The translations under genes and the position numbers were made by a program. Of a stretch of 18,204 bases of DNA, positions 16,840-18,204 are shown one piece after another (position 1 is the first letter of the stretch; each line of letters starts with the position of its first letter). A model generated the notes under the pieces. The model was given only the letters and a program-made list of their open reading frames with translations. It did not search any database and was not told the origin of the DNA. The stretch comes from a virus (taxonomy: Duplodnaviria > Heunggongvirae > Uroviricota > Caudoviricetes), in the IMG/VR virus record IMGVR_UViG_2547132272_000012; one strand, 5' to 3'.

Positions 16840-17339
16840 TATTCGTCCTCCTGATTTTCCTCCTCTGTATCTTCCTGTTTGCTGTCATCTGCCACCCGCC
16901 GCGCAATTTCGTCACGCAAATCATCAATAATGCTTTGCACCCGCATGACAGCCGAAGGCTCGAGAGCGCAATCGCGTTCAAGAATATCGGGGAGAGTTTC
17001 CAGAACCTGCACCATAGCCTTTGCCATTTCAGCAAATTCACGGGCGACATCAGACGCAGGGATCAGTTCTCCGACCTCCTGTTCAAATTTCAGACGTTCC
17101 CGTTCTGACTGATACCAGGCTTTTCGGTCATGGGGATCCATTTCCCCTTCAGCGACAGGCGGTGGCAACTTCATTAGCTCTGCCAGAATATCAGTAAGTT
17201 TATACAGCTTGAGGTTACTCTCATGCCCACCCGCTGTTCGGACATTTTTGATTCTTGATGCGACAGTCTGTCGGTGCACACCCGACAGCGCAGCTAACTG
17301 GCTGACATTAAGAACAAGGTGTTTCAATTCCTTATCCAC
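16839..17339 (-). CDS. Terminase small subunit (Nu1-like, N-terminal HTH)
   Basis: 166-aa ORF directly upstream of and overlapping terL; N-terminal helix-turn-helix-like VSQLAALSGVHRQTVASRI and acidic C-terminus; GTG start 17339 with GGAGG 5 nt upstream. Confidence 0.7.
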   Translation of the reverse strand: MDKELKHLVLNVSQLAALSGVHRQTVASRIKNVRTAGGHESNLKLYKLTDILAELMKLPPPVAEGEMDPHDRKAWYQSERERLKFEQEVGELIPASDVAREFAEMAKAMVQVLETLPDILERDCALEPSAVMRVQSIIDDLRDEIARRVADDSKQEDTEEENQEDE

Positions 17340-17350
17340 TTACCCCTCCA

Positions 17351-17433
17351 GTGATGAACAAAAAACAAACATTTTCGACACCAGCTATTTTTTAACCTTT
17401 CATTATCAATAAATTACAGTGGTGGTGATGAAC
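17351..17433 (-). promoter_or_regulatory. cosB-like element: two GTGATGAAC direct repeats flanking an IHF-consensus site
   Basis: GTGATGAAC occurs at 17351-17359 and 17425-17433; between them, TATCAATAAATTA (17404-17416) matches the IHF consensus WATCAANNNNTTR. The layout resembles lambda cosB just upstream of Nu1. Confidence 0.4.
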
Positions 17434-17591
17434 GATGAAAATGCAAAAATTTGGCGATTTCTGCGCATCCGTATCCCCTCGGTGTTCTAAATTCCAGGAA
17501 GGACCCGTGAAAATGGGAGCAATTATCATTTGCATACACTCCAACACCTACATTATCGCAGCCCCTCGCTGAAGAGCTGCTGTAATGCCTG

Positions 17592-17990
17592 TTACTCACG
17601 AATCAGGCGAGCACTCTTACCATTCATTTCAATACGCGAATACTGCGGTTTACCATCAATGATGTCTGTCATCACGAACATCTCACCCGGCTGCAGTTCA
17701 ACTACTGCGCCTTCCGGCAATTCCATGCAGGCAAATACCGGACAGCCCGGATAACGACCATCTTCTGTTGCTTCCAGCATTGACTCACCAAACCACTCCG
17801 TCATGGCGCGACCATCAGCTGCTTTGTAGTGGATCAAGTACTGGTTTTCACTACCTGCATACTGAGCACGCCCCCTCACTTCCCCCCATTCATCACTGAT
17901 ACGTACCTCCACCAGTTGTGACAACTCAAACTTAAACGGAACAGCAGCGGTACCAATTACAATCGGTTTGCTTTCTGTTTTTTTCATCAT
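17592..17990 (-). CDS. Hypothetical protein (unknown function) upstream of terminase
   Basis: 132-aa ORF MMKKTESKPIVIGTAAVPFKFELSQLVEVRISDEWGEVRGRAQYAGSENQYLIHYKAADGRAMTEWFGESML...; AGGAG 3-6 nt before tandem ATGs; no transmembrane segment or signal peptide evident; no family confidently recognised. Confidence 0.55.
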   Translation of the reverse strand: MMKKTESKPIVIGTAAVPFKFELSQLVEVRISDEWGEVRGRAQYAGSENQYLIHYKAADGRAMTEWFGESMLEATEDGRYPGCPVFACMELPEGAVVELQPGEMFVMTDIIDGKPQYSRIEMNGKSARLIRE

Positions 17991-18204
17991 CGTCTCCTGA
18001 TATCAAAGCCCGTCGCCGCAGCGGGCACTGATCAACATTTGAGTATTCGCGGCGACAGAAAGAATTTATTTTATTGAGTAGCCACAAACACAGAATTTCA
18101 TGCTTTCCGGACGCTGGCGCCCCCCTTCATTTTTCAGCAAAATATTCTGCTCTTACAGGCGATCAGTTCTGCAGACACTGCCGGACACCGTCGACAATTT
18201 CACA

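Noticed and set aside
17414-17599. 61-aa minus-strand ORF within the terS upstream region
   Set aside because: Low-complexity translation with no RBS; it overlaps the repeat/IHF-site region, which is better explained as a cos or regulatory element.
18051-18058. GCGGCGAC octamer resembling the core of lambda cosN
   Set aside because: Only 8 of 12 positions match, an 8-mer this GC-rich could occur by chance in 18 kb, and it lies about 700 bp and one gene upstream of terS, whereas the cosB-like repeats are adjacent to terS. Kept only as part of the hairpin observation.
1-18204. Search for tRNA, rRNA, CRISPR repeats, integrase or IS elements
   Set aside because: No periodic direct repeats with spacers, no tRNA-like cloverleaf regions, no transposase-like ORFs and no terminal inverted repeats seen; all sizeable ORFs are accounted for by virion genes.

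Overview
The window is almost entirely one minus-strand late (morphogenesis) operon of a temperate phage, most likely a prophage of an enteric bacterium; genes are tightly packed with ATGA/GTGA-type overlaps. Read in the direction of transcription (high to low coordinates) it runs: an unknown 132-aa ORF, a cosB-like intergenic region, a lambda-type packaging and head module (small terminase, large terminase, gpW-like, portal, fused protease-scaffold-major capsid polyprotein, gpD-like decoration protein), three poorly characterised head-tail junction ORFs, then a P2/Mu-type contractile tail module (V spike, sheath, tube, chaperone, tape measure, U, X, D, W, J, I) and the N-terminus of tail fibre H, which runs off the left edge. 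This is a mosaic of a lambdoid head with a myovirus tail. I saw no rRNA, tRNA, CRISPR array, IS element or integrase. Nothing here convincingly looks like a new defence or anti-defence system; the most interesting items are the unknown ORF and cosB-like region upstream of terS, an Arg-rich orphan ORF at the head-tail junction, a probable programmed frameshift in the tail chaperone, and intrinsic terminators inside the operon. All protein calls rest on my reading of the translations against remembered family features and were not checked by any search. Coordinates include the stop codon; several starts were re-assigned from the ORF track by RBS and homology.
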